Of a DNA stretch of 64,000 bases, positions 37,684 through 50,700 are shown piece by piece; the first letter of the stretch is position 1; every line of letters begins with the position of its first letter. Under the pieces are notes generated by a model. That model saw only the letters and a program-made list of their open reading frames with translations. It had not been told where the DNA came from and made no database searches. This stretch comes from Flavobacteriaceae bacterium (GTDB lineage Bacteria > Bacteroidota > Bacteroidia > Flavobacteriales > Flavobacteriaceae): the NCBI GenBank assembly GCA_002702875.1, contig PACV01000007.1, positions 12,313-76,312 of the forward strand, given 5' to 3'. The position numbers were made by a program, and so were the translations under genes.

Positions 37684-38229
37684 ATGAAAAAAATTAATAT
37701 AATATTTATTTTTTTCTCCCTCTACGTAATGGCACAAACTGAGACTCAACAATATAAGGTTTTAAAATTAATCGACAATATTGAAATTCGAGAGTATCCA
37801 CCTGTAATGAAAGTCAAATCAACTTCTAAAAGTAATAATGGATTTGGTAAGCTGTTTAAATATATTTCTGGCGATAATGAGAGCGGTACGAAAATATCTA
37901 TGACTTCACCGGTATATATGAACAAAGAAAATGAGAATTATATCATGGAATTTGTTTTACCAAAAAAATTTAATGAGATAAATTCTCCAAAAGCTTTAAA
38001 AGAAAATATCGATGTATATCTTGAAAAAAAAATTATTTGTGCTACAATTAGTTATGGTGGTTATACTAATAAGCAAAAAGAAATTTATTATTCAGAAAAA
38101 TTAATTTCAAAGCTGCAGGAAAATAAAATAAAACATAATGGAAAAAGTAAAGTTTTGGTTTACAATAGTCCATACAAAATTTTCAACAGAAAGAACGAGA
38201 TATTAATAGAGTTAGATTCTTTTGAATGA
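37684..38229 (+). CDS. SOUL heme-binding family protein, exported
   Basis: Signal peptide (IFFSLYVMAQT), then the YKVLK..IEIREYPP.. start typical of the SOUL/HEBP family. 181 aa. Confidence 0.7.
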   Translation: MKKINIIFIFFSLYVMAQTETQQYKVLKLIDNIEIREYPPVMKVKSTSKSNNGFGKLFKYISGDNESGTKISMTSPVYMNKENENYIMEFVLPKKFNEINSPKALKENIDVYLEKKIICATISYGGYTNKQKEIYYSEKLISKLQENKIKHNGKSKVLVYNSPYKIFNRKNEILIELDSFE

Positions 38230-38303
38230 ATTTATAATTATCAATAAAAATTTGTTTTAAAATTTTTTTATTTACATTATATTTAGAAATAATTTAATAT
38301 TAA

Positions 38304-40478
<2,175 letters not shown>

Positions 40479-40556
40479 TTATTTAATTGTGTGAATGTTT
40501 TAAAAATTGATTCAATACATACAATTTCAGTAATTGTTCTTAAATGATTTTCACAA

Positions 40557-41513
40557 ATGGGAGTTAGATTTTTGTTTAATTTTTTCCTGATTTCATACAT
40601 TGCCATTGGTCAAAATGATTACATAGAATATATTCCAAATACAAAAGAAAAATTACCAATGATCTTTATAAAAGGTGGTAATTTTATGATGGGAAGCGAA
40701 AAAAGCGAAATCGGGCATTTTGGAGATGAGGGGCCGAAACATGAGGTTAAAATCGATGCATTTTGGATTGGAAAATTTGAAATTACATGGAATTTATATA
40801 ATTTATTTGTATCTAGAGAGATAGATCAATATCAAAGGAGTAAAAGTAATTCCGACGAGGTTTCAATTGATGTGGATGCTGTAACCGGAGCTACAACACC
40901 TTATGTAGAAATGAGTTTTGGAATGGGTGTCGACGATTTTCCAGCAATAAGTATGACTCAACTTGCCGCTTCAAAATTTTGTGAATGGCTATCAGCAATG
41001 ACGGGAAATTTTTATAGATTACCAACTGAGGCTGAGTGGGAATATGCTTGTAGGGCTGGAAGTGATTCTGCCTTTAACTTTGGAGACGACATTTCAAAAC
41101 TAAAAGATTATGCCTGGTATGATGAAAATAGTGAAGACAAATACCAAAAAGTTGGTACAAAAAACCCCAATGATTGGGGTATTCACGATATGCACGGAAA
41201 TGTAGCAGAATGGACATTAGATCAGTATAGTCCAATATCTTATCGACAAAGAAAGGATAAACTAACAGAAAATCCATTTGTTGAACCTATCAAAGTTTAT
41301 CCCAGAGTTGTAAAAGGTGGTTCATGGATGGACAATCAAAAAAGACTTAGAAGTGCGTCAAGAAGGGGTTCTTCAAAACAATGGAAAAGGCAAGATCCTC
41401 AAATTCCAAAAAGTCTATGGTGGCATACAGATGCTCAATTTTTGGGATTTAGAGTTATTAGACCATTAAATACTCCATCTGAAAAATTACAAAAAAAATA
41501 TTGGGGTTATTAA
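40557..41513 (+). CDS. exported FGE-sulfatase (SUMF1/DUF323) domain protein lacking the catalytic cysteine pair
   Basis: Signal peptide, GHFGDEGPKHEVKIDAFWIGKFEIT, RLPTEAEWEYACRAG, HDMHGNVAEW, GGSWMDNQKRLRSASR, LGFRVIRP. Where true FGEs carry C-x4-C, this protein has no Cys. Confidence 0.8.
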   Translation: MGVRFLFNFFLISYIAIGQNDYIEYIPNTKEKLPMIFIKGGNFMMGSEKSEIGHFGDEGPKHEVKIDAFWIGKFEITWNLYNLFVSREIDQYQRSKSNSDEVSIDVDAVTGATTPYVEMSFGMGVDDFPAISMTQLAASKFCEWLSAMTGNFYRLPTEAEWEYACRAGSDSAFNFGDDISKLKDYAWYDENSEDKYQKVGTKNPNDWGIHDMHGNVAEWTLDQYSPISYRQRKDKLTENPFVEPIKVYPRVVKGGSWMDNQKRLRSASRRGSSKQWKRQDPQIPKSLWWHTDAQFLGFRVIRPLNTPSEKLQKKYWGY

Positions 41514-41607
41514 CTAGAAATTATTTAAATTTAGATATATGCTTTTAAGTTTCTCATATAAAAATTGTGAGTACTATGAAGCTAATATGTAAAAAACGAA
41601 AAACAAA

Positions 41608-42921
41608 ATGAAAAATTTAAGAAAAAATTCACGAAGATCATTTGTAAAAAAATCTGCTCTTGCAACTGGTGTTGTTCTAGCCAATCCTTTTTTTTCAGAA
41701 GCTATGGTTAATTCATCCTCCGAAAAAAAACTAAAAATCTCTGTTATTGGTTGTGGAGGTAGAGGTTCAGGTGCAGCTGTTCAAGCTTTGAAAGCTGATA
41801 AAAATGTTGAGTTAGTTTCTATGGCAGACGCTTTTAGAGACAGAATTGACAAAAGTTTAAAGGGAATTATCGACAGTTTCGAAGGTCAAAAAAACATAAA
41901 TGTAAAAGAAAAAAATAAATTTGTAGGCTTTGATGCATACAAAAAAGCCATCGATAAATCAGACGTTGTAATTCTTGCTACTCCACCAGGTTTCAGACCC
42001 TATCATTTTGAATATGCTATAAAAAACAACAAACATGTTTTTATGGAAAAACCGCTAGCTACAGATCCAGCCGGTGTTAGAAAAGTTTTGGAGTCCGCAA
42101 AAGTGGCTAAACAAAAAAAACTAAACGTGGTTGTTGGTTTACAAAGGCATTACCAAACTAAATATTTAGAGTTTAAGAAACTTGTTGATAGTGGAAAAAT
42201 TGGAAAAATCATTGGGGGTCAAGTTTATTGGAACGATGGAGGTGTTTGGACTAACAAAAGAAAACCAAATCAAACTGAATTAGAATATCAAATGAGAAAT
42301 TGGTATTATTTTAATTGGCTTTGCGGAGATCATATTCTTGAGCAACATATTCACAACATTGATGTAGCTAATTGGTTTATTGGCGAATATCCTGTTTCAG
42401 CACAAGGTATGGGTGGTAGACAAGTTAGAAATGGAAAAGAACATGGTGAAATTTATGATCATCATTTTGTCGAATTTACATACCCAAGCGGAGCTGTAAT
42501 TTCAAGTCAATGTAGACATATCAGAGGGTGTATGAATAGGGTTGACGAAGCTTTTCAAGGGACTAAGGGATCATTGGAAATTGGAAGAGGAATTATCAAA
42601 GACTTGGATGGAAATATTAATTTTAAATATCCAAGAAGAATGGACCCAAACCCATATCAGGTAGAACATGATAAATTATTTTCTTCAATTAGAAGTGGTG
42701 GTGTAATATCAGATACTGAAAATGGAGCTAAAAGTACATTGGCTGCTATTTTAGGTAGAATGGCTACTTATACTGGAAAAAAATTAACATTTGACCAAGT
42801 TATGAAGTCTAAGCAAAAGTTAGTTCCAGAGAATATGAATTGGGATTCAACTCCTCCAACTCTTCCTGATTCAAATGGATATTATGAAATCCCTACCCCT
42901 GGGAAAACTAAATTTATATAG
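41608..42921 (+). CDS. Tat-exported Gfo/Idh/MocA family oxidoreductase
   Basis: Twin-arginine signal (SRRSFVKKSALATGVVLA), Rossmann motif VIGCGGRGSG, the EKP motif (FMEKPLA), and NWYYFNWLCGDHILEQHIHNIDV, typical of the periplasmic Planctomycete/Bacteroidota subgroup. Confidence 0.85.
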   Translation: MKNLRKNSRRSFVKKSALATGVVLANPFFSEAMVNSSSEKKLKISVIGCGGRGSGAAVQALKADKNVELVSMADAFRDRIDKSLKGIIDSFEGQKNINVKEKNKFVGFDAYKKAIDKSDVVILATPPGFRPYHFEYAIKNNKHVFMEKPLATDPAGVRKVLESAKVAKQKKLNVVVGLQRHYQTKYLEFKKLVDSGKIGKIIGGQVYWNDGGVWTNKRKPNQTELEYQMRNWYYFNWLCGDHILEQHIHNIDVANWFIGEYPVSAQGMGGRQVRNGKEHGEIYDHHFVEFTYPSGAVISSQCRHIRGCMNRVDEAFQGTKGSLEIGRGIIKDLDGNINFKYPRRMDPNPYQVEHDKLFSSIRSGGVISDTENGAKSTLAAILGRMATYTGKKLTFDQVMKSKQKLVPENMNWDSTPPTLPDSNGYYEIPTPGKTKFI

Positions 42922-43839
42922 ATGCAAAGAAGAGATTTTAATTCACTAATTGGATTGTCAAGTATAGGCTTAATGTCTTATGCAACCCCTATTTCCCATA
43001 ACAGGAAAATTATTAAAAAACATAATTTTAATCTTAATTATGCCCCTCACTTAGGAATGTTTAAACATCATGTTGGAAATGACCCAATTGATCAGTTAAA
43101 TTTTATGGCAGACATTGGTTTTAAAGCTTTTGAAGATAATGATATGAGAAATAGAGATGTCTCCCTTCAAAAGAAGATGTCTATTACTATGCAAAAAAGA
43201 GATATAAAAATGGGGGTTTTTGTAGCTCATCAGATTTATTGGAATAAACCTACTTTAACTACTGGTAAAAAAAAATATATTGATGAATTTTTGAATTATA
43301 TTCAAAAAGCAGTTGATGTTGCAAAAATAGTAAATGCTAAATGGATTACAGTTGTCCCTGGGCATTTGGACTTAAGGCAAAATGTTGCTTACCAAACATC
43401 AAATGTTGTTGAAGTATTGAAAAAAGCCTCTGGGATTTTAGAACCTCATGGTCTAGTAATGGTTTTAGAACCATTAAATTTTAGAGATCATCCAGGTCTT
43501 TTTTTAACTAAAAGCCCCCAAGCTTATGAAATTTGTAAGACAGTTAATTCTCCTTCATGTAAAATTTTATTTGATATATATCACCAACAAATTCAGGAAG
43601 GAAATTTAATTCCTAACATTGAAAAATGTTGGGATGAGATTGGGTACTTTCAAATTGGAGATAATCCAGGAAGAAAAGAACCTAATTCTGGGGAAATTAA
43701 TTATAGAAATATTTTTAAATATATTCACAGTAGGGGATTTAATGGGATTTTAGGCATGGAACATGGTAATTCGAAAAGAGGAAAAGAAGGTGAAGAACTC
43801 TTAATATCTGCTTACAAAAATGTCGATAACTTTATTTAA
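42922..43839 (+). CDS. exported xylose-isomerase-like TIM-barrel protein (hydroxypyruvate isomerase-like)
   Basis: Tat-like N-terminus (MQRRDFNSLIGLSSIGLMS). Hyi-like motifs LEPLN...HPG, FDIYHQQIQEGNL, FQIGDNPGRKEPNSGEINY, GMEHG. The ATG directly abuts the stop codon of the upstream oxidoreductase gene. Confidence 0.8.
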   Translation: MQRRDFNSLIGLSSIGLMSYATPISHNRKIIKKHNFNLNYAPHLGMFKHHVGNDPIDQLNFMADIGFKAFEDNDMRNRDVSLQKKMSITMQKRDIKMGVFVAHQIYWNKPTLTTGKKKYIDEFLNYIQKAVDVAKIVNAKWITVVPGHLDLRQNVAYQTSNVVEVLKKASGILEPHGLVMVLEPLNFRDHPGLFLTKSPQAYEICKTVNSPSCKILFDIYHQQIQEGNLIPNIEKCWDEIGYFQIGDNPGRKEPNSGEINYRNIFKYIHSRGFNGILGMEHGNSKRGKEGEELLISAYKNVDNFI

Positions 43840-43848
43840 AATTAGTAT

Positions 43849-45219
43849 TCAAATTCCCAAAAATATTTGTTTATCTGAATTTTCCAAATTGAACTTATCT
43901 ACTTCATTTTTTGTAACATTGGTTTTCCATAAATAAATTTTTTTTAGTTTCTTAAATTCGACAAGATTTTCAAAAATTAAATTTGAAACATTTGTACCAT
44001 ATAAATTAATTTTTTCCAAGTTTTCAAGATTTTTAAGAAACTTGATTCCATCATCAGATATATTACTATTATTATTAATATCTAAATTAACAAGATTGTA
44101 TAAATCAGATATTTTCTGAAGATTGTCGTTTGTTAGTTTACAATTAGTCATGGAAAGAGATACTATATGATTACTGAATTTTTTAAGTTTTAAAATTTTT
44201 TCATCATCAATCTTTTTACCAGTAAATTTTATTTCAAGTAATTCATAATTGTCAGAAATGAAATTCCATTTAAATTCACTTTTTTCTAGTACTTCTAATT
44301 CATCTATATTGATTTTTGGTAAATCTTTTAATTTTTCATAATACGGCTTTGGATTCATATTAATCTTGTAAAGCTTTTCAAGAAGTGATTTTTCTTCACC
44401 TGACAATTTAAGTTCAGATAGTTTCAAGTCAGAATTTAAATATTTATCAATCCACCACTTTATTAGATTAATTTCATCATAAGTTAATGGTATCCCAGTT
44501 GGGGGCATAAATTTTTTATTGTCTTGAGAGAGGGTGGCTCTTTGAAAAATCAAACTTTTACTGGAGTTACCTGCTATAATTGATTTTCCCGATAGACCTC
44601 CATTTTTAATATCTTTTATTGTAAGCATATTTAATCCACCCGACTTTATATTTTGATTATGACAGTCAATGCATTTATTTTCAAAAACAGGTAAAATTAA
44701 ATCAGTGAAAATTTTAATCGAATCAATTTCTGAATTTTCATAGTATTTTACATTTTTTTTCTCCTGAAAAAAATTATTGATGTTACTTGGTAAATACTCA
44801 TATAAATAATTTTTACCATGAGTTATATTTGCTCCTTGATGACCTACTATCACAAGAGTTAATATCACAAGAAAATTGATAAAAAAATCCTGTTTTTTAA
44901 ATAGATTTAAAATATTTGATTTAATTAACCACCCAATGAAAGTTAGAAAAAGTAAGAAAACTCCACTCCACTTGTGTAATGAAATCTGATTTTCAATATA
45001 ATAACCATTTAATGTTAATAGCCAACCAAAAATAACAGCAAAAATTGAAGTAATAAGCCCCATCATCCAGCAAAATGCAATTACTTTTCTGTGAATTCTT
45101 AGTTTTATAATATTAGTGTAGGTTTCAATGAGAATTCCTAGAAAAATAAAACCAATTGGAAAATGAACTATAAGTGGATGAAATCTTCCCAAAAAAGTTG
45201 ATATTTCAATAGAAAACAT
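43849..45219 (-). CDS. membrane protein: DUF2231-like 4-TM domain + c-type cytochrome domain (PSCyt1-like) + leucine-rich repeats
   Basis: N-terminus FHPLIVHFPIGF with further conserved His in TM segments, the heme-c motif CIDCH followed by SGGLNM, and a C-terminal LRR block (LSMTNCKLTNDNLQKISDLYNLVNLDINNNSNISDDGIKFLKNLENLEKINLYGTNV). Confidence 0.75.
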   Translation of the reverse strand: MFSIEISTFLGRFHPLIVHFPIGFIFLGILIETYTNIIKLRIHRKVIAFCWMMGLITSIFAVIFGWLLTLNGYYIENQISLHKWSGVFLLFLTFIGWLIKSNILNLFKKQDFFINFLVILTLVIVGHQGANITHGKNYLYEYLPSNINNFFQEKKNVKYYENSEIDSIKIFTDLILPVFENKCIDCHNQNIKSGGLNMLTIKDIKNGGLSGKSIIAGNSSKSLIFQRATLSQDNKKFMPPTGIPLTYDEINLIKWWIDKYLNSDLKLSELKLSGEEKSLLEKLYKINMNPKPYYEKLKDLPKINIDELEVLEKSEFKWNFISDNYELLEIKFTGKKIDDEKILKLKKFSNHIVSLSMTNCKLTNDNLQKISDLYNLVNLDINNNSNISDDGIKFLKNLENLEKINLYGTNVSNLIFENLVEFKKLKKIYLWKTNVTKNEVDKFNLENSDKQIFLGI

Positions 45220-45222
45220 AAT

Positions 45223-46272
45223 TTAAACTCTAGTTAATTTTAATGGATAAGTTTTTTTTGAGTTCCATTGAGGTACATATATATTTTCATCTTCGTCAAC
45301 ACAAACGTCATGTGGATTTAAAAATGATTTTTTATCTGAAATAGGAGGAGTTAATAGATTATTTGAATACTCTGGTTTATTTCCTCCAGGTAATGATACA
45401 ACTTTATTATTTCTATCTAATACTGCTAACATACCATCATATTTATCCCAACTCTTAGTTACAATAACAGCGAAAAATAAATTACCATCTTTTATAACAG
45501 GTCTACAAATCCAACAACCTGGCAAGGATATTGTTTCTTTATAAATACCATCTAATGTAAATCTTTTAAATTCATTTTTTGATCTTGAGGTGATTAAAAG
45601 TGAAATATTTTTTTTATCTCTGGTATCAATTGTTATACCATGGCAACAATCAAAATTTTCATTTTTATCTCCTTTTCCTCCAAAATGTCCTATATAATTT
45701 CCATTTGAATCATAACGAATAATAAAATCTTTACCATAACCATCTGCGACATATATATCACCGTTTGGAGCAATACAAGTTTCAGTAGGTTTAAAATCTT
45801 TTTCAGAATTATAATCTTTGATTTCTTTAGGATAATTTAATTCAAAGATTTTTTTTCCATTAATTGTAGTTTTACACACCTTGTGATTTTCAGGGTCAGT
45901 TATAAATAAAAACTCGTCATCACCTTCATTTAAAATTGAAAGACCATGCGCTCCGTTATAATTAATTGACCAGGAATCTTCTATTTTACCTGATCTGTCA
46001 AAAATTAAAATATTATTTTTTGGATGAGTAGTTGTCATTAAAATTCTATTTTTTTTATCAATCACCATCTCATGACAATGATCAATAGGAAATTTTTTGA
46101 AATTTTGTATTCCCCAGTTTTTATCAATTACATATTTAAAATTTCCATGACCAACAACCAAATTATCCATTTTTAAATTTTTTTTTATTGCAAAAACGCT
46201 TTTACTTAAACCAACTGATAATCCAGCTAGAGTTGATTTTTTTAAAAAACTTCGTCTTGAATTTTTTTTCAT
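45223..46272 (-). CDS. Tat-exported six-bladed beta-propeller protein (NHL/PAL-like)
   Basis: Twin-arginine signal (SRRSFLKKSTLAGLSVGL). Repeated blade-like segments (HCHEMVIDKKNRI, GAHGLSILNEG..FLFITD, DIYVADGYG, CCHGITIDTRD, NPHDVCVDEDENIYV). Confidence 0.7.
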   Translation of the reverse strand: MKKNSRRSFLKKSTLAGLSVGLSKSVFAIKKNLKMDNLVVGHGNFKYVIDKNWGIQNFKKFPIDHCHEMVIDKKNRILMTTTHPKNNILIFDRSGKIEDSWSINYNGAHGLSILNEGDDEFLFITDPENHKVCKTTINGKKIFELNYPKEIKDYNSEKDFKPTETCIAPNGDIYVADGYGKDFIIRYDSNGNYIGHFGGKGDKNENFDCCHGITIDTRDKKNISLLITSRSKNEFKRFTLDGIYKETISLPGCWICRPVIKDGNLFFAVIVTKSWDKYDGMLAVLDRNNKVVSLPGGNKPEYSNNLLTPPISDKKSFLNPHDVCVDEDENIYVPQWNSKKTYPLKLTRV

Positions 46273-46276
46273 TTTT

Positions 46277-47719
46277 TTATGATAAAATTTCTTTAACTAT
46301 CTCACCATGTACATCTGTTAATCTGTAACGTCTTCCTTGATGTTTAAATGTTAGTCTTTCATGATCAATACCTAAAAGATGCATCAAAGTAGCTTGAAAA
46401 TCGTGTACATGAACTGGACGTTCCTTTATATTATACCCAAAATCGTCCGTTGATCCTATTGTTATACCCTTTTTAATTCCAGCCCCTGCCATAAATATTG
46501 TAAAGCATTTAGGGTGATGATCTCTTCCGTAATTAGTTTTAGTTAAAGTACCTTGTGAATAGGACCCCCTTCCGAATTCACCTCCCCATATAACAAGAGT
46601 TTCATCTAATAGACCTCTTTGTTTTAAGTCTTTAATTAAACCTGCTGTTGGTTGATCAGTATCTTTACACTGAACTTTAATTGCATTAGGTAGGTCCCCA
46701 TGTTGGTCCCAACCTTGATGGTATAATTGAACAAACTTTACATCTTTTTCAATTAATTTTCTGGCAAGTAAACAGTTTGCTGCAAAGCTTCCGGGGTTTC
46801 TACTCTCTTTACCATATAGATCATAAATATATTCAGGTTCTTTGGATACATCCATAACCTCAGGGACTGATGATTGCATTCTAAAGGCCATTTCATATTG
46901 AGACATTCTTGATAGTATTTCTGGATCTCCAACATCTCTATGATTTATTTTTTCTAATTTTTTTAAATATTCGAGTTGTTCCTTTCTTATATCTGCTGTA
47001 ACACCAGGTGGATTATCTAAGTAAAGAACAGGATTTTTTCCAGATCTAAACTGAACACCTTGGTGTTTTGATGGTAAAAAACCATTTCCCCATAAACGAG
47101 AATAAAGTGGTTGACCAAATTTATCTTTTGTTACCAGTACAACAAATTCTGGTAAGTTTTTATTGTCACTTCCTAATCCATAACTTATCCATGAACCAAT
47201 TGAAGGTCTCCCTGGAAGTTCGGATCCTGTTTGAAGAAAAGTAACAGCAGGATCATGGTTTATTGCCTCAGTGTACATTGACTTTATAAAACACAAATCA
47301 TCGACAATTTGAGATGTATAGGGCATCAGTTCACTCATCCAAGCTCCACTTTTTCCAAACTTTTTAAATTTAAATATTGATCCAGCTAATGGAAAACTTG
47401 ATTGACCTGAACTCATTCCAGTTAGTCGTTGGCCACCTCTAACACTGTCAGGAAGCTCCGTTCCATTTAATTTATTTAGTAAGGGTTTGTAGTCAAAAAG
47501 ATCTAGTTGAGACGGAGCACCACTTTGCAAAAGATAAATAACTCTTTTGGCTTTAGCAGGAAAATGAGGTAATCTGTTATTAATATAATTACTTTGAGAG
47601 TATAAACTTGATGGACTAATTAATGATCCAACAGTTAATGCACCCATTCCTAGTGACGTTTTAGTAAGAAAATCTCTTCTAGAAAATTTATAATTATGTT
47701 TGTGATTATTACAATTCAT
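46277..47719 (-). CDS. DUF1501 family protein (alkaline-phosphatase/sulfatase-fold), Tat-exported
   Basis: Twin-arginine signal (SRRDFLTKTSLGMGALTV). The DUF1501 pattern VIYLLQSGAPSQLDLFDYKP, GWDQHGDL, WGGEFGR, GRDHHP. There is no (C/S)xPxR sulfatase motif. Confidence 0.85.
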   Translation of the reverse strand: MNCNNHKHNYKFSRRDFLTKTSLGMGALTVGSLISPSSLYSQSNYINNRLPHFPAKAKRVIYLLQSGAPSQLDLFDYKPLLNKLNGTELPDSVRGGQRLTGMSSGQSSFPLAGSIFKFKKFGKSGAWMSELMPYTSQIVDDLCFIKSMYTEAINHDPAVTFLQTGSELPGRPSIGSWISYGLGSDNKNLPEFVVLVTKDKFGQPLYSRLWGNGFLPSKHQGVQFRSGKNPVLYLDNPPGVTADIRKEQLEYLKKLEKINHRDVGDPEILSRMSQYEMAFRMQSSVPEVMDVSKEPEYIYDLYGKESRNPGSFAANCLLARKLIEKDVKFVQLYHQGWDQHGDLPNAIKVQCKDTDQPTAGLIKDLKQRGLLDETLVIWGGEFGRGSYSQGTLTKTNYGRDHHPKCFTIFMAGAGIKKGITIGSTDDFGYNIKERPVHVHDFQATLMHLLGIDHERLTFKHQGRRYRLTDVHGEIVKEILS

Positions 47720-47720
47720 A

Positions 47721-50700
47721 TTATCTTTTTAAATAGGTTTCGTCATGATTCAAAATAGTGTTTGAGACCATGGTTAAAGCAGCAGTTCTGTATTTGTTTA
47801 GTGATCTGTCAAATTTTTTATCTCCAACTTTAAGTATTTGATTTGTCATTTTTGGATTTGATTTGTAGAATTTAAGTTGTGATTCGTATAGCTCTTTTAA
47901 AAGTTTTAGTTCCTCATCCTTGGGGTTTCTGGAAATTGCAAGCCTAAAACCATATTTAATTTGATCCAAGTAATTTTCTCCTCCTTCTTTTTGGATTCTT
48001 TCAGCCAAAATCCTAGATGCCTCAAAAAATTGAGGGTCATTCATTAGTACCAAAGCCTGAAGTGGAGTATTAGTCTTTTCTCTTCTAACTGTGCAGACTT
48101 CTCTAGATGTTCCATCAAGTGCAATCATTGAAGGTGGAGGGGAAGTTCTTTTTATGAATGTATACATTCCTCTTCTGTATAGACTATCTCCAGAATTTTT
48201 TTTGTAGTTATACAAGTCAGCTGAAAAACTATTTTTTTCTAACCATAATCCATCAGGCTGATACGGTTTAACGCTAGGACCACCAACTTTTTTGACTAAT
48301 AAACCGCTAGAGGCAAGTGCATTATCCCTAATAATTTCTGCAGGTAGTTTATATGAATTACTTCTGGCAAGGAAAAAGTTATTTGGATCAATTTCATTTA
48401 GTTTATCATTACTATTTGATTTTTGTTGATATACATGAGACATCACCATTAGTTTGATTAATTTTTTTATATTCCAATTGTTATTAATTAGATAAATTGA
48501 CAACCAATCTAAAAGTTCAGGATGACTAGGCAACATTCCTTGAACACCAAAATCCTCTGGTGTTCTTACAAGACCAAAACCAAAAATCATTTGCCAATAT
48601 CTATTAACTGTAACTCTAGATGTTAAAGGGTTTTCATTTGAAAATAACCATTTTGCCAATCCAAGTCTGTTTTTGGGTAAAGATGAATCCATTTTTGGTA
48701 AATTCTCAGGAACATCTGTTCCAACTTTATGTGAAGGTTCCAAATAACTTCCTCTATTTAAAAGATAATTGTCTCTCGGTTTTTTCATTTCCTCCATTAC
48801 CATTACTTCAATTACTGGCTCCATTATTTTTAGCCAATTTTTTCTTAAAGTTGAAAGTTTAGCTTTATTTCTTAATATTTTGTAGTCAGATTCTATCCAA
48901 TGATTTTTTATTACAGTTTCATTTACATTTCTTTTAGAGATATCATATGAATTAAAAAGACTTAATGATTCTAAGTTTGTCATGTCTTTAGAGAAAAGAT
49001 ATATATCATCTATTTTTCCTGAAAATAAACCTTTGTCACCTGAATGGTACATCCCTGATCTTCCAACTCGAAGAGGTCTGATATCCTTTTTTCTTACATT
49101 TAAAGGAAATCCGGTCTGAGATTTTTTTCCAACAGGAATAGGGTGTATAGATTTATATAAATTATCCATTTTTACATCAAGATTAGCTTCTTTTCCATTT
49201 ATAAAAATTCTTATACCACTTGATTTAGCTGATCCATTATATGAAAATGTTATGTGATTCCAGGTATCTTTTTCAATTACGTTACTAGATTTAACATGAA
49301 TCAAATTAGTTGGAAGGACATTAATTAGCCTCATGTTAATATAGTTTTCATTATCTAGATATATATCCCAACCTCTCCAAAAATCATTTTTTTGCCCACT
49401 TGTTCCAAGAACATGTTGTGTTTTTTCAGGATTCATATCATCAGTATTTATCCAAAAAGAACCTGAAAAAGAATCATTAGTCTCAAAATTTGGAACTTTT
49501 TCAAGATTCAAATAATCAATGTCAGTTGAAAATTTTAAAGCCTTATCTTTTATTCCATCTACAACTTCAGCTTTTGATTGTGATTTAGCATAAAAGTTGT
49601 TATCAACTATAAATATTTTTTTATTATTAGAATTATTAGATTTTTTTATTTTGTCTAGTGGGTAGTGTCCAATTAAATAATTTGATTTTAAATTTTTTAT
49701 AATATTTTTCTCACTGGAATTTTTGTTTTTAAGATTTTCTACATAACTATAGAATTCTCGTAATTCATTTTTTTGAATATTAATTTCTTTTTCTTTATCG
49801 TCTATTTTGGTTTTAATTTGACTAATTTCATTTTCTTTCTCCTTACTTGGCATGGGTAAAAGGGGGCCAAAATCTCCGTCATCTCCTGTCATCCCTAATT
49901 CTTTAATATTATTAAAAAAGGATGCAAGTTGATAATAATCCCTTTGTGAAATTGGATCAAATTTATGATCGTGACATTTTGCACAAGCAACAGTTAATCC
50001 TAAAAAAGCAGTACTGAGGGTTTCTGTTCTGTCAAATACATAATGAAGTCTCCACTCCTCATCTATTGCACCTCCCTCAGCAGTCATAGGAGAATTTCTA
50101 TTAAAAGCTGTTGCTAATTTTTGTTCTCGAGTAGGATTTTGAAATAAATCACCGGCAATTTGCCAAGTCACAAATTGATCATAAGGCATATTTTTTTCAA
50201 ATGAGTTTATTACCCAATCTCTCCATGGCCACATTGTTCTAGCTCCATCAGCATGTAATCCATGAGAATCTGCATATCTTGAAAGGTCTAGCCAGTCAAG
50301 AGTCAACATTTCAGCGTGAGCAACTGAATTTAAAAATCTGTCAACTACCTTTTCATATGCATTAGGGCTATTATCATTTAAAAAGTCGTCAATTTCATCT
50401 ATTGACGGAGGGAGTCCTCTTAAATCCATAGATACTCTTCTTAACAATCTTTCTTTGGATGCCTTTTCAGAAAATTTTAAGTTTAATTTTTTTAATTTTC
50501 GATTTACAAAGTAATCAATTTCATTATTAATTTTTGAATCAACATAGATGTTTTCTGGAATTTGAGGAATTTTTGGTTTGATAAATGACCAATGTTCTTT
50601 CCATTTCGCACCTTGGTCAATCCATCTTAAAATCAAAGCTTTTTCATTGTCTGAAAGACTGAGTTTTGATTCAGGAGGAGGCATTTGATCTAGAGGATCA

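Noticed and set aside
41539-41592. A 17-codon ORF (MLLSFSYKNCEYYEANM) lies in the 94-nt leader of the Tat-exported oxidoreductase gene and could be a leader peptide.
   Set aside because: It has no attenuator-like terminator or antiterminator structure, no repeated regulatory codons and no conservation evidence. It is most likely a chance ORF.
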